Shown: positions 27,627-36,141 of the stretch, piece by piece | Position numbering within the stretch: position 1 is the first letter of the stretch | How the letters are laid out: each line of letters opens with the position of its first letter | Assembly: GCA_964217375.1 (NCBI GenBank) | Contig: CAXPJQ010000044.1 | Span: 934-64,933 of the forward strand | Reading direction: 5' to 3' | Origin: Bdellovibrionales bacterium | GTDB taxonomy: Archaea > Nanobdellota > Nanobdellia > Woesearchaeales > UBA583 | DNA length: 64,000 bases | Translations under genes and position numbers: made by a program | Notes under the pieces: generated by a model | Databases searched by the model: none | Told to the model about the DNA's origin: nothing | What the model saw: only the letters and a program-made list of their open reading frames with translations

Positions 27627-27789
27627 TTTTTTTAGAATTAATTTTAACTAGTTTTTTCTAGAATTTAGTCTTTTTAAGTTATAATAAAAATATAGGATTA
27701 ATTATCTCTATTATTATGAGATGCACTATAACCTCTAAAACTAAATGCTTTCATTAAAGAAATAAGTATTTATTTATTTAAAAGATTAA

Positions 27790-28239
27790 TTATCTTTTCC
27801 TAAATTGTAGATTATATCCTAAATGATCTTCAATTTTAGAAATGGCTTGAGGATTATATCTACTCTCTAAATATTCCATAATCTCTGAAGGTTTTGTAAG
27901 TATTTTATACTCAGCTTTTGGAGTATTTCCAAACCTTTGATCAACTAAATTCCCTTGAGGAATATACTCTTTATTTTCAAATAATGATTTTTCACTTATT
28001 TCTCTTGAAGTTACTGCTTTAGATGTAGCTTCAGATCTGGCATCAAAAATTGATTTATTTAATAAAATCCCATTATTTTCTTCGGAATATGAGACACCAC
28101 TACCTAAAACATATAATCTTTTAATATCAAAACCTACGGATTGTCCCACAGTTACTAGTTTTTTAAATTGCTGACAAATTAGGGCAAGTTCTAAACCATC
28201 GTTGATTCTATTTTTTAAAGGACTATTTTCTTTTTCCAT
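27790..28239 (-). CDS. hypothetical protein
   Basis: 149-aa ORF with its own TATA box. No recognisable motif. Confidence 0.5.
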   Translation of the reverse strand: MEKENSPLKNRINDGLELALICQQFKKLVTVGQSVGFDIKRLYVLGSGVSYSEENNGILLNKSIFDARSEATSKAVTSREISEKSLFENKEYIPQGNLVDQRFGNTPKAEYKILTKPSEIMEYLESRYNPQAISKIEDHLGYNLQFRKR

Positions 28240-28266
28240 ACTCTATTTATTACTACTTCTGAGTTA

Positions 28267-28274
28267 TTTATAAA
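28267..28274 (-). promoter_or_regulatory. TATA box (TTTATAAA) for 27790..28239
   Basis: Exact octamer 28-35 nt upstream of the ATG at 28239. Confidence 0.5.
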
Positions 28275-28319
28275 TTTAATTTTCTTTTTAAGTCTTTAAT
28301 CTTTTTTGTTGAAGTAAGT

Positions 28320-28327
28320 TTTATAAA
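28320..28327 (+). promoter_or_regulatory. TATA box (TTTATAAA) for the uS2 gene
   Basis: Exact octamer 23-30 nt upstream of the ATG at 28350. Confidence 0.55.
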
Positions 28328-28349
28328 GGGAATCTCATTTATTTTTAGT

Positions 28350-28946
28350 ATGACAGAAAATAATACACTTGTCCCTGTTGAAGAATATTTAACAGCTGGA
28401 GTACACATTGGAACTAAGTTCAAAAATGGTTACTCTCAAAAGTATGTACATAAAGCTAGGGCAGATGGTTTAAAAATTATTGATTCTGAAATTATTGATG
28501 CTAAATTAAAAGTATTAATTAACTTATTATCAAAATATGATCCATCTGAATTTGTAATTATGGGAAGAAGAGAAAATGCAAAAAAACCTCTTCAAGTATT
28601 CTCAAAATTAGTTGGTTGTGACGTTTTTACTGGTAGATATTTACCTGGTAAATTAACAAACGCATCTCTTGATGACTTTAAAGAATACAAATTAGTTATT
28701 GTATGTGATCCTCTAACTGATAAAAACATTTTAAATGAAGCTTTTGAAATGGGAGCTTTTACTGTTGGTTTTTGTGATACTAATAACAAATCAAACAAAT
28801 TAGATTTAGTAATTCCAATTAACAATAAAGGTAAAAGATCAATGTCTTTAGCATTCCATTTACTTGCTAAACATTACCTTGCAAATAAAGGAATTTTAAA
28901 AGAAAAAGACTTTACATATACTGTAGATGATTTTGTGGACGAGTAA
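28350..28946 (+). CDS. rps2: 30S ribosomal protein uS2 (archaeal type)
   Basis: YLTAGVHIGTK and VIVCDPLTDKNILNEA..GFCDTN strings; 198 aa, matching the archaeal length. Confidence 0.9.
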   Translation: MTENNTLVPVEEYLTAGVHIGTKFKNGYSQKYVHKARADGLKIIDSEIIDAKLKVLINLLSKYDPSEFVIMGRRENAKKPLQVFSKLVGCDVFTGRYLPGKLTNASLDDFKEYKLVIVCDPLTDKNILNEAFEMGAFTVGFCDTNNKSNKLDLVIPINNKGKRSMSLAFHLLAKHYLANKGILKEKDFTYTVDDFVDE

Positions 28947-29003
28947 ATTTTATAAATCAAAATCTAATTTTTTTATATAGGCAGCTACCAATTTTATTTT
29001 AAT

Positions 29004-29078
29004 GTGGCTTTGGTGTAGCATGGCCTATCATCGGGCGTTTGGGACGCCTGGACCCAGGTTCAAATCCTGGAAGCCACG
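29004..29078 (+). tRNA. tRNA-Pro (anticodon UGG), no encoded CCA
   Basis: Hand-folded cloverleaf. Acceptor GTGGCTT/AAGCCAC. Anticodon stem GGGCG/CGCCT with loop TT-TGG-GA. T-arm CCAGG-TTCAAAT-CCTGG. Discriminator G at 29078. The only GC-rich island in the spacer. Confidence 0.88.
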
Positions 29079-29079
29079 C

Positions 29080-29084
29080 TTTTT
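29080..29084 (+). terminator. oligo-T tract after the tRNA
   Basis: TTTTT immediately 3' of the tRNA, the usual archaeal termination signal. Confidence 0.4.
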
Positions 29085-29108
29085 ATATTTCTTTCAATTT
29101 AGTTTTAA

Positions 29109-30116
29109 TTAATCTAAGTGTTTTAACAATTCAGCAGAAATTATTGATAAACTATTTAATTTTTCTTCAAGAAAATCAATATCTCTTTTATCAATTAAGT
29201 GAGAATTATTAAAACTTGTCTTAATATTTTTAAGAATTGAACCTTCCTCAGAGATTATAATATAATTATCTTGAAAAATAATTATAATATCTTTATTTTT
29301 GTCATGAAGTTTAATTAATTCTTCTTGAACTCTAGGAGATAAAACTTTCATAATTTCAAGTTCTTTTTCCTCTTTATTTCCATTATATACAAATGAAAAT
29401 CTTTTATTAAATTCGTTTGATTCAGTTCTAATTTCTTTTTTACTTGCTTTATTTTTAGGTGTTGACTTTACTAATTTGAATGCAGTTTCAACTTTTTTTT
29501 CATTATATAAAATAATATAGTTTTCAATCTTAAAATTTTTATTAGATAAATTATATTTAAATTCTCCTCCGTGAAAATAATATTTTTTATTTTTTTTATT
29601 AATATCTCCCCAAAACATATTTTGTGTTTTTTGTTCACCTAACCCTTTTCTAAAAAAAGAAGGAATCTCTTTTTCTAAATATTCCCAATATATTGGATCC
29701 TCAGCTGGATCATATAGCCAGTTATTTTTCTTTGCAATTTGTAATTTAATTATATCTTCAATTTCATCATTGTATAGAAGAAAGCTTTGTACCAAAAAAA
29801 ATAGCCAAGGAATTACTAGAAAATAATATCCACCTAGTTTTCCAAGAATAGTATAATAGTTAAGTGGAACTAGGATTATTGTACCAATTAATCCAATTTT
29901 AAGACCAGTTATCATTTGATTTTTGATAATGTTTGGGTTTTCACATAAATATTTATATTTTGCATCTAATTCATATGAATTTTGTTTTATTTTCTCTACA
30001 TCTATCTTACCTGTTGGATCCCATAATTCAGGTAAATTTTGATATAATTCATTTTTTGATTGAGTTAGAAATTGTTCTTCTATTTTTAATAAAGATTTTG
30101 GATCTAACACATTCAT
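29109..30116 (-). CDS. DUF3137-like membrane protein, paralogue 2
   Basis: Two central TM helices. Conserved IIKLQIAKKNNWLYDP and TESNEFNKRFSFVYNG blocks shared with the upstream paralogue. Third gene of the LemA operon. Confidence 0.45.
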   Translation of the reverse strand: MNVLDPKSLLKIEEQFLTQSKNELYQNLPELWDPTGKIDVEKIKQNSYELDAKYKYLCENPNIIKNQMITGLKIGLIGTIILVPLNYYTILGKLGGYYFLVIPWLFFLVQSFLLYNDEIEDIIKLQIAKKNNWLYDPAEDPIYWEYLEKEIPSFFRKGLGEQKTQNMFWGDINKKNKKYYFHGGEFKYNLSNKNFKIENYIILYNEKKVETAFKLVKSTPKNKASKKEIRTESNEFNKRFSFVYNGNKEEKELEIMKVLSPRVQEELIKLHDKNKDIIIIFQDNYIIISEEGSILKNIKTSFNNSHLIDKRDIDFLEEKLNSLSIISAELLKHLD

Positions 30117-30118
30117 TT

Positions 30119-31147
30119 TTAATCTAAATACTGCATCATTTCTGTTGAAATATCTACTACATCTTGAAGTTCTTTATCTATAAATTCAATATCTTTTTGA
30201 TCAATTTCAAGTGATTTTCTAAAGTTTGTATGTAATTTTTTAAATAATATCCCCTCAAACATAAAAGTTACAACATTTCCTGAAAATAATACACTTACTG
30301 ATTTTTTTCTATTTTTTAATTCAACTAATTTTTCTTGAACTGAAGGAGATAGTGTTCTTATAATTTCCATATTATTATCTACTTTAGACCCATTATATGA
30401 AAAAGCAAATGACTTATTAAATTCATTTGATTCTGTCTCAATTTCCTTTTTGGTAAATAAATTTCCAATTTGAGAAAAAAGGTTTTCAGGGTATATATAA
30501 AATCTTGAATTTATTTTCTTTGGAGTATATAGTGCTATAAAGTTTTTTTTATATGTTGTTGTATGCCTTCTCCCTTTAGAATCTCTTGATTCTACATCAT
30601 AGCTAAATAATCCTGAATGGAAATAAAACTCTTTATTTTTAAATTGAGTTTTCCCCCAAAACTGATCTTCTAGATATCTATTTTTATTCCCTTTATCAAA
30701 TAATTCAGGATATATATTTTTAATTTTATTCCATTTTTGATAATCTTCTTTAGGGTCATAAATCCAATTTTTAGTTTTTGCAATTTGTAATTTTATTATA
30801 TCTATTGCAAGTTTTTTATATGTCTGATGTAAAACTCCTGCATATATCCAAGATAATATTATAATTACTATACTAAAATCTCCTCCAATTCCCTCTGTTA
30901 ATAAAAATATCCCTAAACTAGTTCCAATTATTCCAATTATATATGCAATTAAAAATTGTTTAGAAATTAATTTTGGGTTTTGTTCTAGTTTTGAATATTT
31001 TGCTTGAATATTTGCACAATTATTTTTAACTAAATTTAAATTAATGGAATCTGCACAATCCCAGAATTCTGGAGTGTTGAGATATAAATCCTTTTGAGAT
31101 TTTTCTATATCTACATCTCTAATCTTAATTATATCAAAAAATTTCAT
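30119..31147 (-). CDS. DUF3137-like membrane protein, paralogue 1
   Basis: Same architecture as 29109..30116 (IIKLQIAKTKNWIYDP, TESNEFNKSFAFSYNG). 3 nt after the lemA stop. Confidence 0.45.
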   Translation of the reverse strand: MKFFDIIKIRDVDIEKSQKDLYLNTPEFWDCADSINLNLVKNNCANIQAKYSKLEQNPKLISKQFLIAYIIGIIGTSLGIFLLTEGIGGDFSIVIIILSWIYAGVLHQTYKKLAIDIIKLQIAKTKNWIYDPKEDYQKWNKIKNIYPELFDKGNKNRYLEDQFWGKTQFKNKEFYFHSGLFSYDVESRDSKGRRHTTTYKKNFIALYTPKKINSRFYIYPENLFSQIGNLFTKKEIETESNEFNKSFAFSYNGSKVDNNMEIIRTLSPSVQEKLVELKNRKKSVSVLFSGNVVTFMFEGILFKKLHTNFRKSLEIDQKDIEFIDKELQDVVDISTEMMQYLD

Positions 31148-31150
31148 TTA

Positions 31151-31720
31151 TTAAAACTTAACTTCAACGTTTTGTCTCTCTGATTCTTGTGCTTCAAAAA
31201 GTTCTTCTTCTCTAAATCCAAAAATCCCTGCAATTATATTTGATGGTGCCATTTGAATTTTATTATTAAATTCAGTCACATTTGAATTATAAATTCTTCT
31301 AGATGCTGCAATTTGATCTTCTGTTTCTTCTAATTGTTCTTGAAGATTTAAAAAGTTTTGATTTGCTTTCAAATCAGGGTAATTTTCAGCTACTGCAAAA
31401 ACAGATTTTAATGCTCCAGATAACATATTTTCACCTTGAGCCATAGCTTTTACATCTCCACTTTGAGTTGCATTCATAATTGAAGTTCTAGCCTTAGTTA
31501 CTCTCTCTAGTAATTCTTTCTCATGTGTTGCATATCCTTTTACTGTATTAATTAAATTAGGAATTAAATCTGATCTTCTTTTTAACTGTACATCAATTCC
31601 TGAAAATGCTTTTTTAGCATCATTTCTAAGCCCTACTAATGAGTTATATGTCATAAAGATCCAAAGAATAATTATTACTCCAACTCCTATTGCTATATAT
31701 GTTCCAATTGCCATACTCAT
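31151..31720 (-). CDS. lemA: LemA family membrane protein
   Basis: N-terminal TM helix, then [43 protein letters not shown] and [19 protein letters not shown]. Confidence 0.9.
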   Translation of the reverse strand: MSMAIGTYIAIGVGVIIILWIFMTYNSLVGLRNDAKKAFSGIDVQLKRRSDLIPNLINTVKGYATHEKELLERVTKARTSIMNATQSGDVKAMAQGENMLSGALKSVFAVAENYPDLKANQNFLNLQEQLEETEDQIAASRRIYNSNVTEFNNKIQMAPSNIIAGIFGFREEELFEAQESERQNVEVKF

Positions 31721-31735
31721 AATTATTTTTTTTAA

Positions 31736-31743
31736 TTTATAAA
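31736..31743 (-). promoter_or_regulatory. TATA box (TTTATAAA) for the lemA operon
   Basis: Exact octamer 16-23 nt upstream of the ATG at 31720. Confidence 0.45.
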
Positions 31744-31876
31744 TTTTCTTTTTAACTTTTACTTTTCAAATTAATGAAATGATTTATATAAATATAAATC
31801 TCTTCAATTAAATCTTTTTTCAAATGAAAATTTATCTAATAATAATGATAATAAATTTAAATAATCTAACCAAAAC

Positions 31877-31886
31877 TTTAAAAAAA
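31877..31886 (+). promoter_or_regulatory. TATA-like element (TTTAAAAAAA) for mutS
   Basis: AT box 20-29 nt upstream of the ATG at 31906. Confidence 0.4.
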
Positions 31887-31905
31887 ATAACACCTTAAAT
31901 TTCTT

Positions 31906-34395
31906 ATGGAAACTCAGGCAAAGCAACCAACGCCTATGATGAAACAATTCTTAGAATTAAAATCTCAGTATTCTGATTGCATATTACTTTTTAGAGCAGG
32001 AGATTTTTATGAAACTTTTTATGATGATGCAAAAGAATGTTCAAAAGTTTTAGGAATTACTTTAACTCAAAGAGGAGGAACTCCAATGGCAGGTGTTCCT
32101 TTCCACTCAATTACCCCCTATATTAGAAAGTTAGTTCAAAATAATTTCAAGGTTGCATTATGTGAACAACTTGAAGATCCAAAAAAAGCAAAAGGTTTAG
32201 TTAAAAGGGGGGTCACAAGAGTTATAACTCCTGGAACAATTTTAGAAGATGAATATTTATCATCCCATGAAAATAATTTTATAATGTGCTTATATGAAGA
32301 AAATAAAAAATATGGTTTATCTTTAGTTGACATTACAACTGGAGAATTCATTACAACTCAAGTAAATTCTCTTGATGATGTTAAAACAGTTATTAGGAAA
32401 TATTCTCCAAATGAATTAATTTTAAATGAAAAATCTTTCAAATCCTCTCTTAGAGATTTCATTAGAAATTCAAATATTTATTACAATTTTCTCTCAGACA
32501 TTAGATTTAACATTAACTATGCAAATCAAATTTTAAAAAAACAATTTAACAAAGATAAAGATGAATTAAATTTGTCTAGTTATGATTTATCTACAATTTC
32601 TTCAGGTGCACTTTTATTTTATATTTATAAGTTACAGAAATTAGATTTAACTCATATTAATTCTTTAACCTATGTAAATTTATCTTCAAATATGTTAATT
32701 GATTCAATCTCTTTAAGAAATTTAGAAATTACCGAATCCATTTTTAGTAAAGATAAATCAAAAACTTTATTTGGTTGTTTAAACAATACTAAGACTCCAC
32801 TTGGTGCAAGACTTTTAAAAAAACATTTAACTGAACCTCTTCTCCAAATTAAAGAAATAGAGGAAAGATTTGATGCAATTGAGGAAGTAAATGAATTTGT
32901 AATTGAGAGAAATGAAATCAGAGATTTCTTAGAAAACTTTTATGACATTGAGAGAATAACTTCAAGAATAGCATCTGGAATTGTAACTCCAAAAGATCTT
33001 TATGCCCTAAAGGTTTCATTTGAGAAGTTACCTCAAATTAAAGAACATTTATCTCTTTTTACTACAAAAATTTTATCTCAAATTAAAAATATTGATACTC
33101 TTGATGATATTACTCAATTACTTGATAAATCAATTGTTGATGATGCTCCAGCCCATACAAGAGATATTGGTTACATTAAAAAAACTTATAATTCTAATTT
33201 AGAAGAACTTTTCAATATTGCATTTAATTCTAAAGAATTTCTACAAGAACTTGAAGAACAGGAAAGGTTAAATACTGGAATTTCAACTCTTAAAATAAAA
33301 TTTAATAAGATTTTTGGGTATTATATTGAAATTCCAAAATCTCAGAATTCCAAGATTCCTCAAGATTATATTCTAAGACAAACTCTTGCAAATAATTATA
33401 GATATACTAAAGCAGAATTAAAAGAAAAAGAAGATCAAATTTTAGGTGCTGAAGAAAAAATTAAAGTTTTAGAAAAAGAGTTATATGATAATTTAATTTT
33501 AACTCTTCAAACTCATATTAAAAGATTTCAAGATATTTCATTTAAAATTGCAACTCTTGATGTAATTTTATCTCATTCTCTAAATTCTCAGTTATATAAT
33601 TATTCAAGGCCAATTCTTTTAGAAAATAAAACTAATTTAATTGAGGCAAGAAATCCAATTATTGAGAGATTTGTTGATAACTTCATTCCAAATGATTGCA
33701 TGTTTACTCAAAGTGAGACTTATAAGGTTGTAACGGGTCCAAATGCTGCAGGAAAATCTACTTTTCTAAGACAAGTAGCATTAATTTCAATTATGGCTCA
33801 ATGTGGTTCTTTTATTCCTGCTCAAAAAGGATCTCAAATTAAAATTTATGATAGAGTATTTACAAGAATTGGTGCACATGATGAACTCTCAGAAGGGCAA
33901 TCAACATTTATGGTTGAAATGAGTGAGAGTGCAAACATTTTAAATAATGCAACTTCAAACTCTTTAGTTCTCTTAGATGAAATTGGTAGAGGAACTTCAA
34001 CTTATGATGGTTTAGCAATTGCATGGGCAATTAGTGAGGAGTTAGCTCAGATAAAATCTCATTGTATTTTTGCAACTCATTATCACCAATTAAATAAATT
34101 ATCTGATTTTTATGAAAATATTGAAAATTATAATGTTCTTGTTAGGGAAGAAGGAGATAATGTTGAGTTTATTAGAAAAATTGTAAAGGGTGGAACTGAC
34201 AAATCTTATGGAATTTATGTTGCAAAATTAAGTGGGATACCAAGTTCAGTTTTACAAAGAGCTGAAGAGATTCAAAAAAATATTGAAGATAAAGAAGAAA
34301 TTATAATTAAGCAAGATTTAACTCCTATAAAAAAAGTTCCAAAAAAAGACTCAACTCTCTCAAATAAAGAAAAAGGTCTTAATAATTTTATTTAA
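31906..34395 (+). CDS. mutS: DNA mismatch repair protein MutS (bacterial MutS1 type)
   Basis: TPMMKQFLELKSQYSDCILLFRAGDFYETFYDDA (mismatch-binding domain), GPNAAGKSTFLRQ (Walker A), STFMVEMSE, LLDEIGRGTSTYDG. Confidence 0.93.
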   Translation: METQAKQPTPMMKQFLELKSQYSDCILLFRAGDFYETFYDDAKECSKVLGITLTQRGGTPMAGVPFHSITPYIRKLVQNNFKVALCEQLEDPKKAKGLVKRGVTRVITPGTILEDEYLSSHENNFIMCLYEENKKYGLSLVDITTGEFITTQVNSLDDVKTVIRKYSPNELILNEKSFKSSLRDFIRNSNIYYNFLSDIRFNINYANQILKKQFNKDKDELNLSSYDLSTISSGALLFYIYKLQKLDLTHINSLTYVNLSSNMLIDSISLRNLEITESIFSKDKSKTLFGCLNNTKTPLGARLLKKHLTEPLLQIKEIEERFDAIEEVNEFVIERNEIRDFLENFYDIERITSRIASGIVTPKDLYALKVSFEKLPQIKEHLSLFTTKILSQIKNIDTLDDITQLLDKSIVDDAPAHTRDIGYIKKTYNSNLEELFNIAFNSKEFLQELEEQERLNTGISTLKIKFNKIFGYYIEIPKSQNSKIPQDYILRQTLANNYRYTKAELKEKEDQILGAEEKIKVLEKELYDNLILTLQTHIKRFQDISFKIATLDVILSHSLNSQLYNYSRPILLENKTNLIEARNPIIERFVDNFIPNDCMFTQSETYKVVTGPNAAGKSTFLRQVALISIMAQCGSFIPAQKGSQIKIYDRVFTRIGAHDELSEGQSTFMVEMSESANILNNATSNSLVLLDEIGRGTSTYDGLAIAWAISEELAQIKSHCIFATHYHQLNKLSDFYENIENYNVLVREEGDNVEFIRKIVKGGTDKSYGIYVAKLSGIPSSVLQRAEEIQKNIEDKEEIIIKQDLTPIKKVPKKDSTLSNKEKGLNNFI

Positions 34396-34403
34396 GTTCT
34401 AAC

Positions 34404-34411
34404 TTTTTTTT
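34404..34411 (+). terminator. oligo-T tract after mutS
   Basis: T8 run 9 nt after the mutS stop. Confidence 0.35.
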
Positions 34412-34422
34412 ATAAACAAATA

Positions 34423-34430
34423 TTTATAAA
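34423..34430 (+). promoter_or_regulatory. TATA box (TTTATAAA) for 34452..35141
   Basis: Exact octamer 22-29 nt upstream of the ATG at 34452. Confidence 0.55.
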
Positions 34431-34451
34431 TTTCAATTTCTATTTTTATCT

Positions 34452-35141
34452 ATGTTAGACAAATTTAAATCTCTTCTAGGAAAAAAAGATGAAGAAATTG
34501 AAGATTATTATTCTCCTGAGGATTTACATTCTGAAATTCGAGAACTTCCAACTCAAAAAGAATTAAAAGAATTAAGGAAAGAAAATATCAGGTTAAAAAA
34601 ACATTTTTTTGAAACTTCTTGTGAAACTCTAAAGTTAAGGCGTTCAATTAGAAAATTTTCAAACAAAGAAATTGATGAGAAAGTTCTCTTTGATATTATT
34701 GAATCGTCTATGAATGCTCCAGCTGCAGGTAACATTCAAAACTATAAAATAATTTTAGTTAAAGATCAAAAAAGAAAAGATGAAATTGGTAAAATTGCAC
34801 TTAATCAATGTTGGTTATCTCAAGCTCCAGTTCTTTTAATTATTGTACGTGATGATACTCCAATTTCTAGAATGTATCCTCATGATGCAAATAGATATTC
34901 TCTTCAAAATACTGCATCTTATATTGAAAATGTTTTAGTTTTAACAAATGCTGCAGGTCTTGGAGCGTGTTGGGTTGAAGCTTGTGAAAATGACGTTTTA
35001 AAAGATTTTTTAGATGTACCTGGAAGTTCTGAAATTGATGCTATAATCCCAATTGGATATCCTTTAGAAAAGCCAACTATTTCTAAAGAAAATCCTCAAG
35101 ACTTAATTCGTTTTGAAACTTATTCTAGTAAATATAGATAA
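34452..35141 (+). CDS. nitroreductase-family protein with a ~60-aa charged N-terminal extension
   Basis: RRSIRKFSNKEIDEKVLFDIIESSMNAPAAGNIQ and GLGACWV strings typical of the nitroreductase fold. Confidence 0.65.
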   Translation: MLDKFKSLLGKKDEEIEDYYSPEDLHSEIRELPTQKELKELRKENIRLKKHFFETSCETLKLRRSIRKFSNKEIDEKVLFDIIESSMNAPAAGNIQNYKIILVKDQKRKDEIGKIALNQCWLSQAPVLLIIVRDDTPISRMYPHDANRYSLQNTASYIENVLVLTNAAGLGACWVEACENDVLKDFLDVPGSSEIDAIIPIGYPLEKPTISKENPQDLIRFETYSSKYR

Positions 35142-35186
35142 TTTTATCTATTTTCTTTCCTTTAAAGTAATTACACAGCAGTAAGA

Positions 35187-35194
35187 TTTATAAA
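35187..35194 (+). promoter_or_regulatory. TATA box (TTTATAAA) for 35217..35876
   Basis: Exact octamer 23-30 nt upstream of the ATG at 35217. Confidence 0.55.
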
Positions 35195-35216
35195 ATTAAA
35201 AAAATATAAGTTTTTT

Positions 35217-35876
35217 ATGGATGAGCAAAAATTAAAAAAAGCATTTTCTTCAATTAAATTTGATGTTCAAAAGCTTGAATCTGCAATTGAGAGATTAGAG
35301 AGAAAAACAAATTCTAGTTCTAAAAAAGATAAAGAAATTGATCAAATTTTAAGTATCTTGGAATCTTTAAAATCTGAGAGTTATGAAAATACTAAAAGAA
35401 TTGAAGCTCTTAACTTGGGAGAAAAAACTCTAACAAATTCTGAAAATAATTTAGTTAAAGAAATTGATGATTTAAAAAAGAAATTAAATTCAATTGAAAA
35501 TAAACCTCAACCAATTTCTTCATCTTCATCCTCAAATCCAAATATTGAGGAAGTTTTAAATGAATTCTCAGAATTAGTTAATGAAAAAATGACTATAGAA
35601 ATTAATTCTCTAAGGTTAGAATTTACAGAAGAGATTGCAAAGTTATATGATAAATGTTTTAATGAAATTGTCGAGTTAAAGGCTCAATTAAATAAGAAAG
35701 AAAAAGAAATTAAAAAGGAACCTAAAGTCTCTAAAGAAAAAGTCTCAAAATCTCTTCCCTCTGATTCTATTGAAACTAAAAAAGAATCCAAATTAAAAAA
35801 AATCTCAAAGTTTTTATTTGTAGATGAAGACGAAGATGAAATAAATTCAATTAAAGATGAAGTTAAAAAGAAATAA
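35217..35876 (+). CDS. coiled-coil hypothetical protein
   Basis: Heptad-like E/K/L-rich sequence with a poly-Ser hinge (PQPISSSSSSNP). Confidence 0.5.
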   Translation: MDEQKLKKAFSSIKFDVQKLESAIERLERKTNSSSKKDKEIDQILSILESLKSESYENTKRIEALNLGEKTLTNSENNLVKEIDDLKKKLNSIENKPQPISSSSSSNPNIEEVLNEFSELVNEKMTIEINSLRLEFTEEIAKLYDKCFNEIVELKAQLNKKEKEIKKEPKVSKEKVSKSLPSDSIETKKESKLKKISKFLFVDEDEDEINSIKDEVKKK

Positions 35877-35885
35877 TTTATTTAT

Positions 35886-36137
35886 TTATTTATTTTTATC
35901 TATTTCTTTTTTAAATTCTATTCCTCTTTGAATAAAAGATAAAAATATTACTGCATCATTTTTATGCATGTTAAATAGAGTTGCAAATTCTTCTGAACTA
36001 ATTTTTTGACTCTCATTTGGGTTTGTTAGAAATTTAGCAATTTCTTGAGCTTTTTCTCCTTCATTAAGTTTATACTTTAATATAATTTCATCAAATCTTT
36101 TTTTATGTTCTATTAATTCTCTATATTTATCTTCCAT
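35886..36137 (-). CDS. hypothetical small helical protein downstream of gltX
   Basis: 83-aa ORF starting 4 nt after the gltX stop (operon context). Confidence 0.45.
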   Translation of the reverse strand: MEDKYRELIEHKKRFDEIILKYKLNEGEKAQEIAKFLTNPNESQKISSEEFATLFNMHKNDAVIFLSFIQRGIEFKKEIDKNK

Positions 36138-36141
36138 TTTT

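Noticed and set aside
27627-27789. Adjacent 8-bp palindromes AACTAGTT and TTCTAGAA upstream of the deoxyhypusine synthase gene, as an operator
   Set aside because: These are short AT-rich palindromes in a single copy with no second site elsewhere in the window. They are indistinguishable from chance in this composition.
29004-31905. tRNA-Pro-flanked LemA/DUF3137 block as an integrated mobile element
   Set aside because: There is no integrase, no repeat of the tRNA 3' end at the far boundary (31721..31905 read by eye), and no obvious compositional break. Horizontal origin remains possible, but there is no evidence for a mobile element.
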